A stretch of 63,198 nt of DNA, counting the filler, from Octopus bimaculoides (Eukaryota), in NCBI RefSeq assembly GCF_001194135.2. It is 8 parts of 8 records of this genome, joined end to end, with 100 filler letters (N's around TTAATTAATTAA, not from the genome) between each part and the next. Parts side by side here need not be neighbours in the genome. Positions count along the whole stretch, not along the records: positions 1 to 30,729 come from NC_068993.1; 7 more parts are not named here. One strand, 5' to 3'. Both the position numbers and the translations under genes were made by a program. The notes beneath the pieces were generated by a model. The model was given only the letters and a program-made list of their open reading frames with translations. It was not told where the DNA came from and did not search any database. This document shows, piece after piece, positions 10,931 through 24,415 of the stretch (position 1 is the first letter of the stretch; the number at the start of each line of letters is the position of its first letter).

Positions 10931-11672
10931 GTACATACACACACACACACACATATACATACTCACTCATACACTTGCACATTTATATGCTCACACATAT
11001 TCCATTTATAAATGGAATATGTGTGAGCATATAAATGTGCAAGTGTATGAGTGAGTATGTATATGTGTGTGTGTGTGTGTGTATGTACATGTATACATGC
11101 ACATAATATATACATCTATAGGCACACACAGACATGCACATATTCCATTTATAATTGTAGACAGGTGTGAAAGTAAGAGTTTTACTGGGTAGTTTTCCTG
11201 GTGGTAATGTTCACACTTGGGCAATGTTCCAAGTGGTAATTCTCCACGTACAGTACACAATTATATTTTATTCAGTGCTGCATACATCAGTAAATGTACT
11301 ATTTACTGTTCTTATGAATAAGAACTATTGTTCTTGTAGGGTTATGGAAGACAAATTCAGTATTTGTAGCTGATAATGTACAATGGCACAGAAATGCATG
11401 CATCCTATGTTCCAATGATGTCATTCATAGTCCAGTGTATGCATGTGTGTGAACATGCATGACTTCACTTGTCATTGCCAGTAATGTAATGTTTACCTTC
11501 CTTCTTGACCAGTCTCTCTCTGCACTTCTGAAGACCTGTGGAGTAAAAAAAATCTTTTACTTACAAAAAAAAAAGGTAATGATTGGCCAAGAGGAAGAGC
11601 ATCCAGCCATAAATTTGTACCTCAAATAAATCCTCATCCAGCCTTATTTGCTTCTTTTTAACTGCCATTTAG

Positions 11673-11807
11673 GTACCACAAGAAACAATCGCTAAATGTA
11701 GGTTCTCTGTTAGTGATATAAACAACCCAAAGGAAATAAAAGATTTTGATCTTGTAAATGGTAAACCAAACTTGTTCATTGATAAACATTATCAAGTTTT
11801 ATTTAAG
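11673..11807 (+). CDS. DLC1/STARD13: Internal exon of a DLC1/STARD13/STARD8-family RhoGAP (RhoGAP-START linker)
   Basis: Acceptor ccatttAG, donor aag|GTAAGA, 135 bp, phase 0-0. It encodes VPQETIAKCRFSVSDINNPKEIKDFDLVNGKPNLFIDKHYQVLFK and splices in frame to 13665. Confidence 0.8.
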
Positions 11808-12155
11808 GTAAGACTTTCATATTTATCATTTATAAATTGTTTTTTTTTTGTTTTTTTTTACAGTAGGTTATATCTTCAGTTTCACTACCATTTTGTGATA
11901 ATATTTTATTACTCTTTTGCTACAGACATAAGCCTGGTTGGGTGATTAAATATTTGACAGGGAAGGTAACTAAATGGTCCAGGATTCAATTGCATTGCAT
12001 CACACTTTAAATTCTTAACCATACCCTCAGATCAACCAAATCCTCTTTTTCTGTAGTTTCAGCTCAGAGCTGCGGCCATGCTGATGCACCGCCGTAGGTG
12101 GAAACTGTGCAGAAACCTGTGATTTGTGCATGTGTGTGTGTGAGTGCACACACAA

Positions 12156-12190
<35 letters not shown>

Positions 12191-12730
12191 NNNNNNNNNN
12201 NNNNNNNNNNNNNNNNNNNNNNNNNNNNNNNNNNNNNNNNNNNNNNNNNNNNNNNNNNNNNNNNNNNNNNNNNNNNNNNNNNNNNNNNNNNNNNNNNNNN
12301 NNNNNNNNNNNNNNNNNNNNNNNNNNNNNNNNNNNNNNNNNNNNNNNNNNNNNNNNNNNNNNNNNNNNNNNNNNNNNNNNNNNNNNNNNNNNNNNNNNNN
12401 NNNNNNNNNNNNNNNNNNNNNNNNNNNNNNNNNNNNNNNNNNNNNNNNNNNNNNNNNNNNNNNNNNNNNNNNNNNNNNNNNNNNNNNNNNNNNNNNNNNN
12501 NNNNNNNNNNNNNNNNNNNNNNNNNNNNNNNNNNNNNNNNNNNNNNNNNNNNNNNNNNNNNNNNNNNNNNNNNNNNNNNNNNNNNNNNNNNNNNNNNNNN
12601 NNNNNNNNNNNNNNNNNNNNNNNNNNNNNNNNNNNNNNNNNNNNNNNNNNNNNNNNNNNNNNNNNNNNNNNNNNNNNNNNNNNNNNNNNNNNNNNNNNNN
12701 NNNNNNNNNNNNNNNNNNNNNNNNNNNNNN

Positions 12731-12985
12731 CAAGCTGAGTTTCGTGTCCAATGAAGGAGACGACATTGGCACGGGTGCCAGTTGTCGAATTTAGTTCGAT
12801 TTCACTTGCCTCAACAAGTCTTTGCAAGCGGAGTTTAGTGTCCAATGTAGGAAAGGTGCGCATAAGTGGGCTGGCTACACCCCTGGCAGAGGCCTTGGAT
12901 TTAGGTCTCACTTGGCTTGCCAGGTCTTCTCACGCACAGCACAATTCCAAAGATCTCGGTCAGAAGTCATCGCCTCGGTGAGGCC
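12731..12985 (-). mobile_element. RTE 3' UTR fragment
   Basis: Matches the RTE 3' UTR at 22330-22520 and 29930-30260. Confidence 0.75.
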
Positions 12986-13664
12986 AGACAGCAGTGTGCA
13001 ATGTTTTACCAAAAAGGAAAACTATAATTATCACTAAATATGACTAGGGTTAGAAATGCCTACATTGCTGAAAATAAGAGCTAAAATACTTTAATGTTGT
13101 AGTCAGAGTACATAACTGTATATATATATGTTGACAGGGACTATAATCTGAAGACACAGATCAAAAATTCCTTATACTGACCGGTCAGCTCCAGCAATTT
13201 CTGTTGCCTGATCAGTAATGACTGGTTGACTTTGGCAGATTCTGGACTGAATTCTCCGTCAGTATATATGAGCCAAGTTGAATTTAAAAAATTACTATGC
13301 AAAGTACTGAGATTAACATAATGGACTAAACAAATTTTAAAAGTGCCAACAGTCCAGTGATAAGAACCTATAATAGAACCAAATGATAGTATTATATTGT
13401 GTTATAATAACATATCTTGAGTGAAAAGGTTAGTTTCTCTGCGATGTTAATGTATTATTCTGTTATACTAACATATCGTGTTCAATAATTTTTTTTTTTT
13501 TTCTGTTATATCAACACCTCTTTTGTGAAAATGCTAACTTTTCTGGTAAATTAATATATTTTGTGTTACTTTGTTAGATTGTCACATATAGATTCCTGTT
13601 ACATATCATCTTTCAATTAAAAACTATCCATATAAAATTCAGCTGTAAAACTCTCAATTTTTAG

Positions 13665-13822
13665 GAATGCCGTGAAAAATTTCGTAACTGGAATGTGTGT
13701 CCTTCTATCAATGGAATTGACATAGCCTATAAGAAGACAGATGATCTGTTACGACAATGGATGTGTCTCACTGAAATGGAAGCCCCGCCTGAAGAAGTCT
13801 TGAACAGAATTCTTACTCAAAG
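13665..13822 (+). CDS. DLC1/STARD13: Exon encoding the start of the START domain of a DLC1-family RhoGAP
   Basis: Acceptor tttttAG, donor caaag|GTAACC, 158 bp, phase 0-2. ECREKFRNWNVCPSINGIDIAYKKTDDLLRQWMCLTEMEAPPEEVLNRILTQR resembles DLC1 (L)FKEVKEKFKGW..YKK..LRLW..EVPA.PEEIL.RLL, recalled from memory. Confidence 0.9.
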
Positions 13823-14823
13823 GTAACCACATGTCAGCTTTTTCTTTATTTTATATGCACACAGTCAATTCCATGCACATACATACAAATACATATTCAT
13901 GTTCACAAATATAATTATACATCCATGCATATAGATATACACATCTATGCACATGCGTGAATGTATGGTTATACCTTGTACTTTTACTCTTATACCCTGG
14001 GGTTGACCAATAATATGTGAATAGAATTTGATAAACTGAAACTGTACAGAACTCTATTATAATATATGTATATATCATCATCATCATTTACCATCCACCT
14101 TCCATGCTGGCATGGGTTGGACAGTTTGACAGTAGCCAGCCAAGAAGGAGCCTACATCAGACTTCTGTGTCTATTTTGGCATGGCTTTTTACAGCTGAAT
14201 ATCCTTCCAAATGCCAACCACTTTACAGTGTGGACTAGATGCTTTTTACATGGCATCAGCACTGGCAGAGTCACCAAGTAACTTGCAAGACAAAGATCTT
14301 TTGAGAAGGGAGGGGAAATTGGAGGAGGTGATCTCGTGTCAGATGCTGAAAAGTTTTAGTGAGACAGAGAGACAGAAATAGGTGCCTTGCTGTAGATGAG
14401 GTACCCAGTCAAAGAGAGACAGACAGACAGACAGAGAGTGATCAAGAATGCAGACAGAAACAGGTGTGCTGTTGTAAAGGAGATACATGGTTATCCAGCC
14501 TGAGGGAAAAGCAAGAGGAGAGAGAGTAGGAGGCAGCAAGAGTGCAAGAGAGAACAGGAGAGATATGGTGGCAAAGTGCCAGGCATATTCACAAGGGATG
14601 GGGATCAGAATGGTGGTAAGTGCCAGGGCATTGCCAAAGAAGTGTGAATAGAGAGTGGGAGAGACGAATGCAGTGAGTGGTGAAAACCTGGGTATATAGA
14701 TGGGGTGGGGAGGCTACCAGGTAGCAATGATACAGTGAACAGGGCTGTGAGGACAGGCTTGGTGAGTGGAAGATAAGCATAGTGCATGAAAGAGATGTAG
14801 TTTGGTTTCTTGAGGTAGGGTGT

Positions 14824-15132
14824 TGTTGTAAAGTGGGTTCCTCTCACTGGTGTGATGTGTGACTGCCGGTGTACTGTAGTTGCTGTTTTATGCTAGTAGC
14901 CACAATAGTTACTAATCATCAGATACCGTTGTAATCTTTCATACCAGTATAGTAATACACTAACTTCTTCTATCTTACTATCGCTGATAGCAACACAAGA
15001 CACCGACTAGAACTATCAACTCTCAACCTTTCGACTCTTGACCTTTTCTTGATGACCAGCTACTGGTCTATTTATAATGGCTGACTCCTACCACTTTTTA
15101 CCAGGAGGGGTATACAGTTTCACTGTACAACA
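14824..15132 (-). repeat. Gypsy 3' LTR
   Basis: Clearly homologous to 19442-19721 with many substitutions and an extra segment of about 23 bp. Confidence 0.9.
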
Positions 15133-15436
15133 TCTCTTTTAATTGGTTTATTTAACAATCAATTTCTTTTATTCACCCCCTTCATATATATATATATATA
15201 TATATCAATATCTTTTCTTCTTAAGGTCCACTTTTAGGAATTCAGTGTTCTTCCTTTTCCTTTATATGTGTTGTTTCAACTTCTTGTAACAGTATTGGAA
15301 CCTGAAAAGTGTCATATAGCCAATCCATTGGTATTTCTCCTCTTATTGGTTCCTTTTCAATGACTCTTTCCTTAAGCTGATTTCTATGTCTCCTATCCAT
15401 TCCATTTCTGCTTCTTACACCATACACCATTCTTCT

Positions 15437-15671
15437 TATTTCTTTATTGCCCACAAGGAGCTGAACATAGAAGGGACAAACAAGGACAGACAAGGGGATT
15501 AAGTCGATTACATCGACCCCAGTGTGCAACTGGTACTTATTTAATCGACCCCGAAAGGATGAAAGGCAAAGTCGACCTCAGCGGAATTTGAACTCAGAAT
15601 GTAGCAGCAGACGAAATACCACTAAGCATTTCGCCCGGCGTGCTAACGTTTCTGCCAGCTCGCCGCCTTAA
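15437..15671 (-). mobile_element. SINE family A inserted in the Gypsy 3' internal region
   Basis: Full head to tail, flanked by a 16-bp TSD catacaYcattcttct (15421-36 and 15672-87). Confidence 0.85.
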
Positions 15672-18600
15672 CATACATCATTCTTCTGATCTATGTTACA
15701 GTTTCTCCTTCCCAGTATTGCTTGCCATTTTTGTACATCCTCACATAGTACCTTATCACCGATTCTAAAGAATTTTGGCATGTCTTTACTAGCACATATT
15801 TTTTTCTTCACTGGTAACAGTTTATTGAATACTAACTTCACCTTTCTGGTCAACATTAATTCTGCTGGTGAACTTCCTTCTGGTGCATTTGGGTTCAGAG
15901 TTACCCTGTATACCCTTAAGAATTGTTGGATCGCGACCTCGTCCATAACTTCCTTATTAGCTCTCTTAAAAGTGTCCATGAACCGTTCAGCCCTTCCATT
16001 TGATCTAGGGTGCTATAGTTTTATGTTCTAACATGAACATCTCACACAATCTTTTAAACTCACAGGATACAAACTGTGTTCTGTTATCAGAGACAATTAT
16101 ATCCAGTACACTAAATCTTGTGAACATTTCATGTAAGAAGTTTATTACCGTACACGAGGTTGGTCGTTTATACCTCGCAACCTTAGGTCATTTTGTGTAG
16201 CTTTCCAATACTATTAAGTTATAATATCCATTTACCGGGCTTGCAACTTTGATATGCAATTGGGACCATGGTATTTTCACTTCCATCCTAGGTTCACATT
16301 TCATAGTAGGTAGTTTCGCTGCCAGTGCATATCCTCTGCAGCCTTTTACCAGGTTTCCAACTTCCTTGTCCATGCTTGGCCAGTATACAAAACTCTGCAT
16401 CAGTGCTTTCATTCTAGAGGTGCCTGAATGTCCTACATGGGACTCTTTTAGCGTTCTCTTCTGTAATATCTGTGGTATGACCACCATCTGAGCGTACATT
16501 AGTACACCATCACATATAGAGTACACGCTCACATCTTGGCAGTTATTTGCCTCAGATCTTTCTTTATTTCCTTTTGTCGACCACAGTTTTCTTTTTATCT
16601 CATTAATAAATTTGTCATTTCTTGCATTTTTTTTTATTTCTTCCAAAGTTTCTGTTAGTTCATACTTGATGTTCCACATCACTTCTTTTGTTTCTGCTTC
16701 CGCTCTTAGTGCTGCTATTACAGGGTCCTCCAATGGTTCGTTATTTCTTGGAATTAACTTAGACAGATTGTTGGCATGCCCCAATGTTTTTGAAGGCAGA
16801 TATTCCATTCTGTAATCATAGTTTACTAGAAGGATACTCCATCACTGCTGTCTGCTTGCTGTATGTGTCGGGATTCCTTTCTTGGATCTGTATATCGTTA
16901 TTAGAGGTCTATGGTCCGTTTGCAGCCAAAAGCATTTGCCATTAATGAACCTGTGGAACTTTTTCACACCAAATATTCAATCTGGCTATAGTTCTTTTCC
17001 ACCAACAATAATGTCCTTGATGTTTGAGCTATAGCCTTTCTCCTGCCATTGTTAAACTTGTGTAGGAGCACAGCTATCTCATACTCACTAGCATCTGTAG
17101 CTAGTATTATCTCTAACTTTGGGTTGAAATGTGTAAGATACAAGTCTGAAGTTAACACATCTTTTAACTTGTTAGATGCTTTCTGACATTTTTCTGTCCA
17201 AACCTATTTGGCATTTTTTTTTTTGTAATTCATTAAGTGGTGCCTTTACCTTATGTATATTTGGGATATACACTTGGTAATAATTTACCAAGCCTAAGAA
17301 TGCTTGTAGTATTGTCACGTTCATCAGGGGAGGCATATCAAAAGTTTGCATTTTCTTCTGTAAGTTTTAGCCCATATTCACGTATTCTCTTGAATACTTT
17401 CTTTATGTTAGGCATGTTGCACCCGAGACTCACTCTTTATCAAAATGTCATCAGGGTATGTGATAGTAAAGTCGCAATCACTTAACATAGCATCCATTAT
17501 TTGTTGGAATATGGCGCGTGCCACTTTTACTCCAGATGGCAGTTGTTTGAACTTGTACAATCCATGGTGCATGTTGATTGTTAGTAGATGTGTGCAACCT
17601 TCCTCTAACTGAATTTGAAGGTATGCTTCTGGGAGGTCTAACTTTGAGAAAAGTTTCCCTCCATTTAGTTTAGTAAATACTTTCTCTAGGCTTGGTAGTG
17701 GGTAATTGTGTGTGAGTAAACAGTCATTTAATCTGCGCACATTCTTAGCTTTTTTTTTTATGTAGACCGCCAGTGCTGCCCAGTCTGCATGGTCAATCTT
17801 TCCAATTATATTCAGGCTTTCCAACCTTTCTCCTTTTTTAATTGGCCTGGTCTACCACCACAAATGGCACATTCCATTTGGGCCTGAAAATAGATGTTGA
17901 ATTTTCTTTGATAGCAATCCTTGCTTTTGTTTTTGTGCAACAGCCTAAACTTTTGGGAAAGTTTCTTTCATTTTTTATCTCAGTTCATCAACCTCATTCA
18001 ATCATTTGACTGCTCCGTTTACGTTATTGCATAAAATGCTTATGGGTATATCCCATAAATTAAATTTCTCCATACATTCAGTGCCAAATAAATTCATGGA
18101 GTTTTTCAACACATAAACATTCACTTTTTTGAGTCGATCTTTGAACATTATATTACAAATGTGTTTGCCCATGAAATATAATTTTCTTCCCATGACACCA
18201 TATGCTATTTTGTTTGAACTACATAATTTTGGTTTACTCATTTGTTCCCATGTTTTCTCATTTATGATTTTGATGTCACTTTCCATGTCTAATTGCATTC
18301 TGACACTAGTTGTTTCCATTCTCACATTCACAAATTTTCTGTTTGTTGTAGTCACAACTTTTCCTACTGACAAACTCTATTTTTTCTTGTTTGTTCCATT
18401 TTTTCTATCATTCTAGTTTTGCAGTACAATTTTTTTATGTCTTGTAAACTCACAGCAAAATCACTTTGCTTTTTTATATGGATAATCTTTCTTCAGGTGC
18501 ATCCCGCCACATGCCATACATGGGTCTACATCCTGGTATTTTTTCTGTTTTTCCTGCCATACTTTATTTGTCTTCTGACTTTTTTACACTGGTCTTATGT

Positions 18601-19227
18601 GAAAACACTCTTTCCATTGAATTTCTTCCATGTCGTGCCTTAATTTTCATGTCATGTTACACCCTTCCAACAGTTTCTGCAGTACCAAATCCTGGTTTTG
18701 CTAGAATTTTCATTCAGATTTCTACATCCCTTTTATCTGTCAATCCTTGTACAAAAATCAAACACTTGAGAGTATCTGGAATAACCATATTCAGCCTAAA
18801 TCTCTCACATTCTTTGTTGACTCTGCTCGTGTAAGTAGTGAAGTCTTCATCTTCGCTCTTTTCTATGTTTAAACAAACATTTCCATCTAGTATTAAACAG
18901 TGAGCTCTTCACTAAACATTTTACACAAAATGTCAACTGTGTCAGTGAAATTTATGTTGGACATTCTTTTTGGTAATATGAAGTTACTATACTTCTCATG
19001 TTCTGCTATTGCTAGTTTTCATAAAACTAGACGCGTTTCATTTCATCCATCCAATCCTGACATTCTTTTGCAAAAATTGCTTCAAATCTTTGAACGTAAG
19101 CCTCAAAGGTTACTCCTTCTTTGGGCTCATATTTGTATTCACTTACAGAATTTGCAACATGGTCAGTTGAAAATGTATTCTCCGGTTTGGTTATCAACTT
19201 CATTAGTTGTAACATTTGCTGCTGCAA
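15668..19227 (-). pseudogene. Gypsy gag-pol remnant
   Basis: Broken ORFs 19027-19227 (gag), 18002-18373 (protease), 17408-17824 (RT), 16964-17158 (RNase H), 16188-16808 and 15668-15979 (integrase). Confidence 0.9.
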
Positions 19228-19441
19228 TCTTTCTTGTTGTTCCTTGAGTTGTTGTTGTTGCTATTTTTGCAACTCAGCTACTCCAGCTAACAAGTCTTCC
19301 ATATTTTACAATTTTCTTAAGTTTGCACAAGATTTTTGTTTCTTTTTTGTTGAGTTAATTAATTTTCCACATGAATTAGTTTAAACTCTCCCTGTGAATG
19401 TTTTTTTTACTCCGTGTAAATTTGTTTTCTCTCATCGCCAC

Positions 19442-19721
19442 TGTTGTAAAGTGGATTCCTTCCACCGGTGTGACTACTGTTGTGTTGTAATTGCTGTTTT
19501 ACACTAGGAGCCACAGTAGTTACTAGTCATCAGATACTGTTGTATCTCTTCGTACCAGAATAGTAATACACTGCTTCTTCTGTCTTACTGTCTCTGATAG
19601 CTCCTCAAGATGCCAACTATAACTGTCAACTCTCAACTCTTCAACTCTCGACCCTCTCTTGATGACTGGCTACTGGTCTACTTTTTACCGGGAGGGGTAT
19701 ACAGTTTCACTATATAAAACA
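19442..19721 (-). repeat. Gypsy 5' LTR
   Basis: Homologous to 14824-15132 and followed on the - strand by the PBS-like motif. Confidence 0.9.
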
Positions 19722-21299
19722 GGTGTGTCGAAAGTTTTCTTGTTACGTGTGGGTGGAACACACAGTGCTTCAGAACATACAGCGCTTCTAGAACTCAGTT
19801 TCCCTAATGTGCGCGGATCTTCTCTAGAACCTCATATCACCAGACATCTCGGTCCATTGTCATTTCTTCCATGAGGCCCAACATCCTGAGATTGGTCCTT
19901 ACCACTTCATCTCATCTCTTTCTCGGTCTCCATCTTCTACAGATACCATCCACTTTCAGTGATTGGCACTTCTTTATACAGCTGTCTTCATTCATACATA
20001 TCACAAGTCCAAACAAATGTAGTCTTCTCTCTTGCGTGCTGCATTTGATTTATCTTATGCCCAACTTTTCCCTCAATACGTTTGTGCTTTGTCATACATG
20101 CATGCTCATGTTACACATGCAATGGAGCATACTGCCGTCATTTCTCTCCACTCTGTGCATATCTTCTGCATTCAGAGCCCATGTCTCACTACCATGGAGC
20201 ATGACCATTCACACCCAAGCATCATACAATCTACCTATCACTCAGAGAGAGAGAGTCCTTTTGTTGCCAACAGAGGTAACAGCTCTCTAAGTCCTGTGTG
20301 CTCTTAGTGCTTATTGTTCCTGCACATCTGCCACATACAAAGGTAACCTTATCTACCTGTGATTCCATTGCACCTCTTATATGTCTATAGCTAACACTGG
20401 GTGCAGTGAATGGAATTATTTCCATCTGCTTCCCTTCATACTGAGCAGGGCCATTTACCTGACAGAAAGAGAATCTTATATTCTTTCTTGCTAACAACAA
20501 CTTTGGTCTTTGCTTGGTTAACTATAAGGCTCTTTGATTCCAGGTTTTGCTTCCATATCTGAAATTTCTTCTCCAATTCTTCTACAGATTCTGCAATAAG
20601 AACAAGATCATCAGCATAAAGTAGTTCCTACGGGCATCCAGTGTTGAATTCCTCTGTTAAGGCCTGAAGGACTATAATGAATGTATGCTAAATTCATCAC
20701 TGTATTCATGGCCAACTCTCATCTTACTGACAGCACCACTATACATGGCTTGTGCAGCTCTAACAAGTCACTCCTCTACTCCTAACTTCCTTAGAGACCA
20801 CCAGATAACAGAGCAGGGGACTCTGTCAAAAGCTTTCTTCAAGTTGATGAAAACTAAGTACATTGTTTACTTTCAGCTAAATACTTTTCCTGTCGCTGTC
20901 TCACTGTGGTACTCTTCCTCGGTATAAGACCAAACTGCATCTCATCTAGTTTAATTCTATTCCTAATCAATTGAGCTATAACCCTCTCAGTAAATTTCAT
21001 GACCTGGTCTAGCAGTTTGATAACTCTAGTTGTTTCTATCTAAGTCATCACCTTTACCCTTGTAGTAGCTAATTATAACACTACTACACCAGTTATTGAG
21101 GGTGGCGCCTTCCTCAATAACCTGATATATATACGGGTGACTAGGCTGTATCCTACACCACTAGAAATTTCAATCATCTCAGCAATGATTCTTGATGCCC
21201 CAAAGGCTTTCCCTGTCTTCTTATCCTCAGTTGCCTTATTTGTTATAATGCTATCAACTCTGATGGCTGGTCCCTCAATTGGTTTGATATTTAATCCTT

Positions 21300-21495
21300 T
21301 CTATCAAAGGCACAACACCTGAAATTTTTGGGGAAGGAACTAGTTGATTACATCAACCCTAGTGTTTCACTGGTACTTAATTTATCGACCCCGAAAAGAT
21401 GAAAGGCAAAGTCAACCTCAGCAGAATTTGAACTCAAACCTTAAGGATAGACGAAATGCCACTAAGCATTTTGCCCAACATGCTAATGATGTTTA
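21300..21495 (-). mobile_element. SINE family A
   Basis: Reverse complement of the family A central domain and tail. Confidence 0.8.
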
Positions 21496-21516
21496 CAGTT
21501 CACCACCTCAATGATG

Positions 21517-21560
<44 letters not shown>

Positions 21561-21564
21561 CATA

Positions 21565-22100
21565 TTCATCATTATTATCGTTTAATGTCTGCTTTCCACG
21601 CTGGCATGGGTTGGATGGTTTTAACTGAGGACTGGCAAGCCAGGGGTTGTACCAGGCTCCAATCCAATCTGACAAGGTTTCTACAGCTGAATGCCCTTCC
21701 TAACACCAACTACTCCAAGAATGTAGTGTATGCTTTTTAAGTGTCAGTGGCACTGGCATCGACTACACTTGATTGGTGCTTTTTATGTGCTACCAGCATC
21801 GGAGCCAGTCAAGCAGCACTGGCATCAACATGCTTGAATGGTGCTTTTTATGTGCCACTAGCATGGGTACCAGTCAGGCAGCATTGTCATCAGCCATGAC
21901 TACGATTTCACTTCACTCAACAGGTCTTCTCAAGCACATATTGCCCAATGATTGAAGGGTACTTTTAAATGGGCCAGTTATGCAACACTGGCATCAGCCA
22001 TGACTACAATCTCACTTGACTTGCCGGGTTTTCTCAATCACAGCATATTTCCAAAGGTCTCGGTCACTTGTCATTGCCTCTGTGAGACCCAATGTTTGAA
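21565..22100 (-). mobile_element. RTE LINE 3' end
   Basis: Tail motif plus ORF-end sequence in reverse orientation. Confidence 0.8.
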
Positions 22101-22950
22101 GAGAGAAAAGTTGGACCTAAGAAGCATCAGATGTGGTGTGCAAGAGATACGACTGCGCTGGTATGGTTATGTGGTGAGAATAGATAAGAATAGCTGTGTG
22201 AAAAAGTGCCACACTCTAGCAGTTGAGTGAACCTGTGGAAGAGGTAGACCCAGGAAGACTTGGGATGAGGTGATGAAGCATGACCTTCGAACATTAGGAC
22301 TCACCAAGTCAATGACTTGTGACCGAGACCTTTGGAAATATGTTGTGCGTGAGAAGACCCGGCAAGCCAACTGAGACCATAACCCGTTGCCTATGCCAGG
22401 GGTGTAACCAGCCCACTTATGCATACCTTTCCTTCATTGGACACTAAACTCTGCTTGCAAAGACTTGTTGGGGCAAGTGAAATCAGAATCGAACCAAATT
22501 CGATGACTGGCACCCATGTCAGTGGAACGCTAAGAGCACCATCTGAGCATGATCATCGCCAGAGCAGCTGTCTGGCTTCTGTGCTGGCGGCACGTAAAAA
22601 GTACCATTTGAGCGTGATTGTTACCAGTGTCACCTTACTGGCACATGAAAAAACATTCGAGCGAAGTTGTTGCCAGTGCCGCTGGGCTGGCTCCTGTGCA
22701 GGTGACATGTAAAAAACACCATTTGAGCATGGCCGTTGCCAGTACTGTGTGACTGGCCCTCGTGCCGGTGGCACGTAAAAGCACCCACTACACTCTCAGA
22801 GTGGTTGGCATTAGGAAGGGCATTCAGCTGTAGAAACTCTGCCAGATCAGATTGGAGCCTGGTGCAGCCATCCGGTTCACCAGTCCTCAGTCAATTCGTC
22901 CAACCCATGCTAGCATGGAAAGCGGACGTTAAACGATGATGATGATGATA
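22101..22950 (+). mobile_element. RTE LINE 3' end with complete 3' UTR and (GAT)n tail
   Basis: LDLRSIRCGVQEIRLRWYGYVVR..SCVKKC, followed by a UTR with repeated ggcac(g/a)taaaaagcacc units, ending gacgttaaacgatgatgatgat. Confidence 0.9.
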
Positions 22951-23980
22951 CACATGAAAAGAAAAATTAAAATACAATGGATATTTTAACATAAAGTATA
23001 TGCAATTGAATAAATAATCGATTTCTCTAATGCGTGGCCAGGCTACAGAATTATAGTCAAGGCACGTTCAAGCTTGACCCAAATGCTTATTATAAATTTT
23101 ATATTGTGGTATGTATTTTGTATTAACGAAACAATATTTGATTTCAGAAATTATTTTATTTTGTATAGGTGGCCTTTGATTTGATTTGATTTAATGTGAC
23201 AGAAAGCAATGCAAATAATATTACATATTGCACTAATTCTATTTACACTATATAAACACAATATTTTTGCATTTGAAATAAATTGTGGATAAAAATGAAT
23301 GAATTTTTTTCAAATCACTCACATAATAATTAGACATTTAAACCAAAAGTAGTGAAGAAAACAGAAACGGACAAAAATTGAGGCAATAGTTGGAACGCAA
23401 CAAGAGAAAGAAATAGAAACAACAGACCCACACTGTATTGTACATTCGTTTAACTTTAGTATAATATACCTGTGTTATCTCTACAGATATTCTATAGAAA
23501 AAGAGAAATGCAAACAAAAAGTAGAGGAGCAATTGTAAGAGAGAAAAGTGGATTGGTAAAATCGGTAGGGCGATGGAATTTCATCCGGCTCTTTACCGAG
23601 TTCATATCCCACTGAAATCGAGAGGAAGTTACAGCAATAGGAGGAGGAATGATTGATACAGAATTGACAGAAAGGGAAGAAGAATAAGTTGAAAAGAGAG
23701 TAAACATAGAAAGAGGAAGAGTGAGAGAGACAAAAGCAAACAGAAGAGACAGAAGGAAAGAGAGACAGATGGGAAGAGAGTGAGACAGATAGAAAGATAA
23801 ATATATAAAGAGGGGATGACTGATTGAAAGGGGAGGAGAATAAGTATGAGAGAGAGTAAAACATAGAGAGAAGAAAAGGGGAGAGGATAAATAAGAGTAA
23901 AATGGAAAGCAGGCTGAAATGTGAAGATGAAGAGGCTCTTGAGAAAATTATGTTAAAAAGATTGTATTATTATTAAAGTT

Positions 23981-24415
23981 AAGGCAGTGAGCTGGCAGAA
24001 TCATTAGCATGTTAGATGAAATGCTTAGTGCTATTTCATCTACTGCTATGTTCTGCGTTCAAATTCTGCCTAAGTCAACTTTGCCTTTCATCCTTTCAAG
24101 GTCGATAAATTTAGTACTCGGGCTGATGTAATCGACTAGTCCTCTCCCCAAAAATTTCAGGCCTTGTGCTTTTAGTAGAAATGATTATTATAATTAAGGC
24201 AGCAAGCTGGCAGAATTGTTAGAGTACTGGATGAAGTGCTTAGCGGTATTTTGCCCATTGCTACGTTCTGAGTTCAAATTCCACCGAGGTCAGCTTTACC
24301 TGTTATCCTTTTGGGGTCGATAAAATAAGTATCAGCTGAACACTGAGGTCGATGTAATTAACTCATCCCATCCCTCAAAATTGCTGCCCTTGTGGCAAAA
24401 TTTGGAACCATTATT
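23981..24415 (+). mobile_element. Two tandem SINE family A copies
   Basis: Heads at about 23981 and 24196. The second follows the gattatta tail of the first. Confidence 0.85.

Larger units (their letters stand above)
14824..19721 (-). mobile_element. Gypsy/Ty3 LTR retrotransposon, LTR-to-LTR but decayed
   Basis: Both LTRs begin TGTTGTA and end ..ACA. The 5-bp TSD GGTGT is at 14819-23 and 19722-26. A PBS-like TGGCGATGAG sits next to the 5' LTR. Gag CCHC, protease, RT (YPDD), RNase H (ATDAS) and integrase fragments lie in gypsy order. Confidence 0.93.
14075..21260 (-). mobile_element. Degenerate RTE LINE split by the Gypsy insertion (about 14075-14823 plus 19722-21260)
   Basis: A (CAT)n tail and tail motif lie at 14075-14290. 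RT remnants, including the C-x2-C-rich segment, lie at about 19870-21260 on the - strand. Continuity across the Gypsy is inferred. Confidence 0.65.

Noticed and set aside
11925-11968. AG/GT-bounded 40-nt segment after the first DLC1-family exon (possible poison exon)
   Set aside because: Splice signals alone are common in AT-rich introns, and nothing else supports it.
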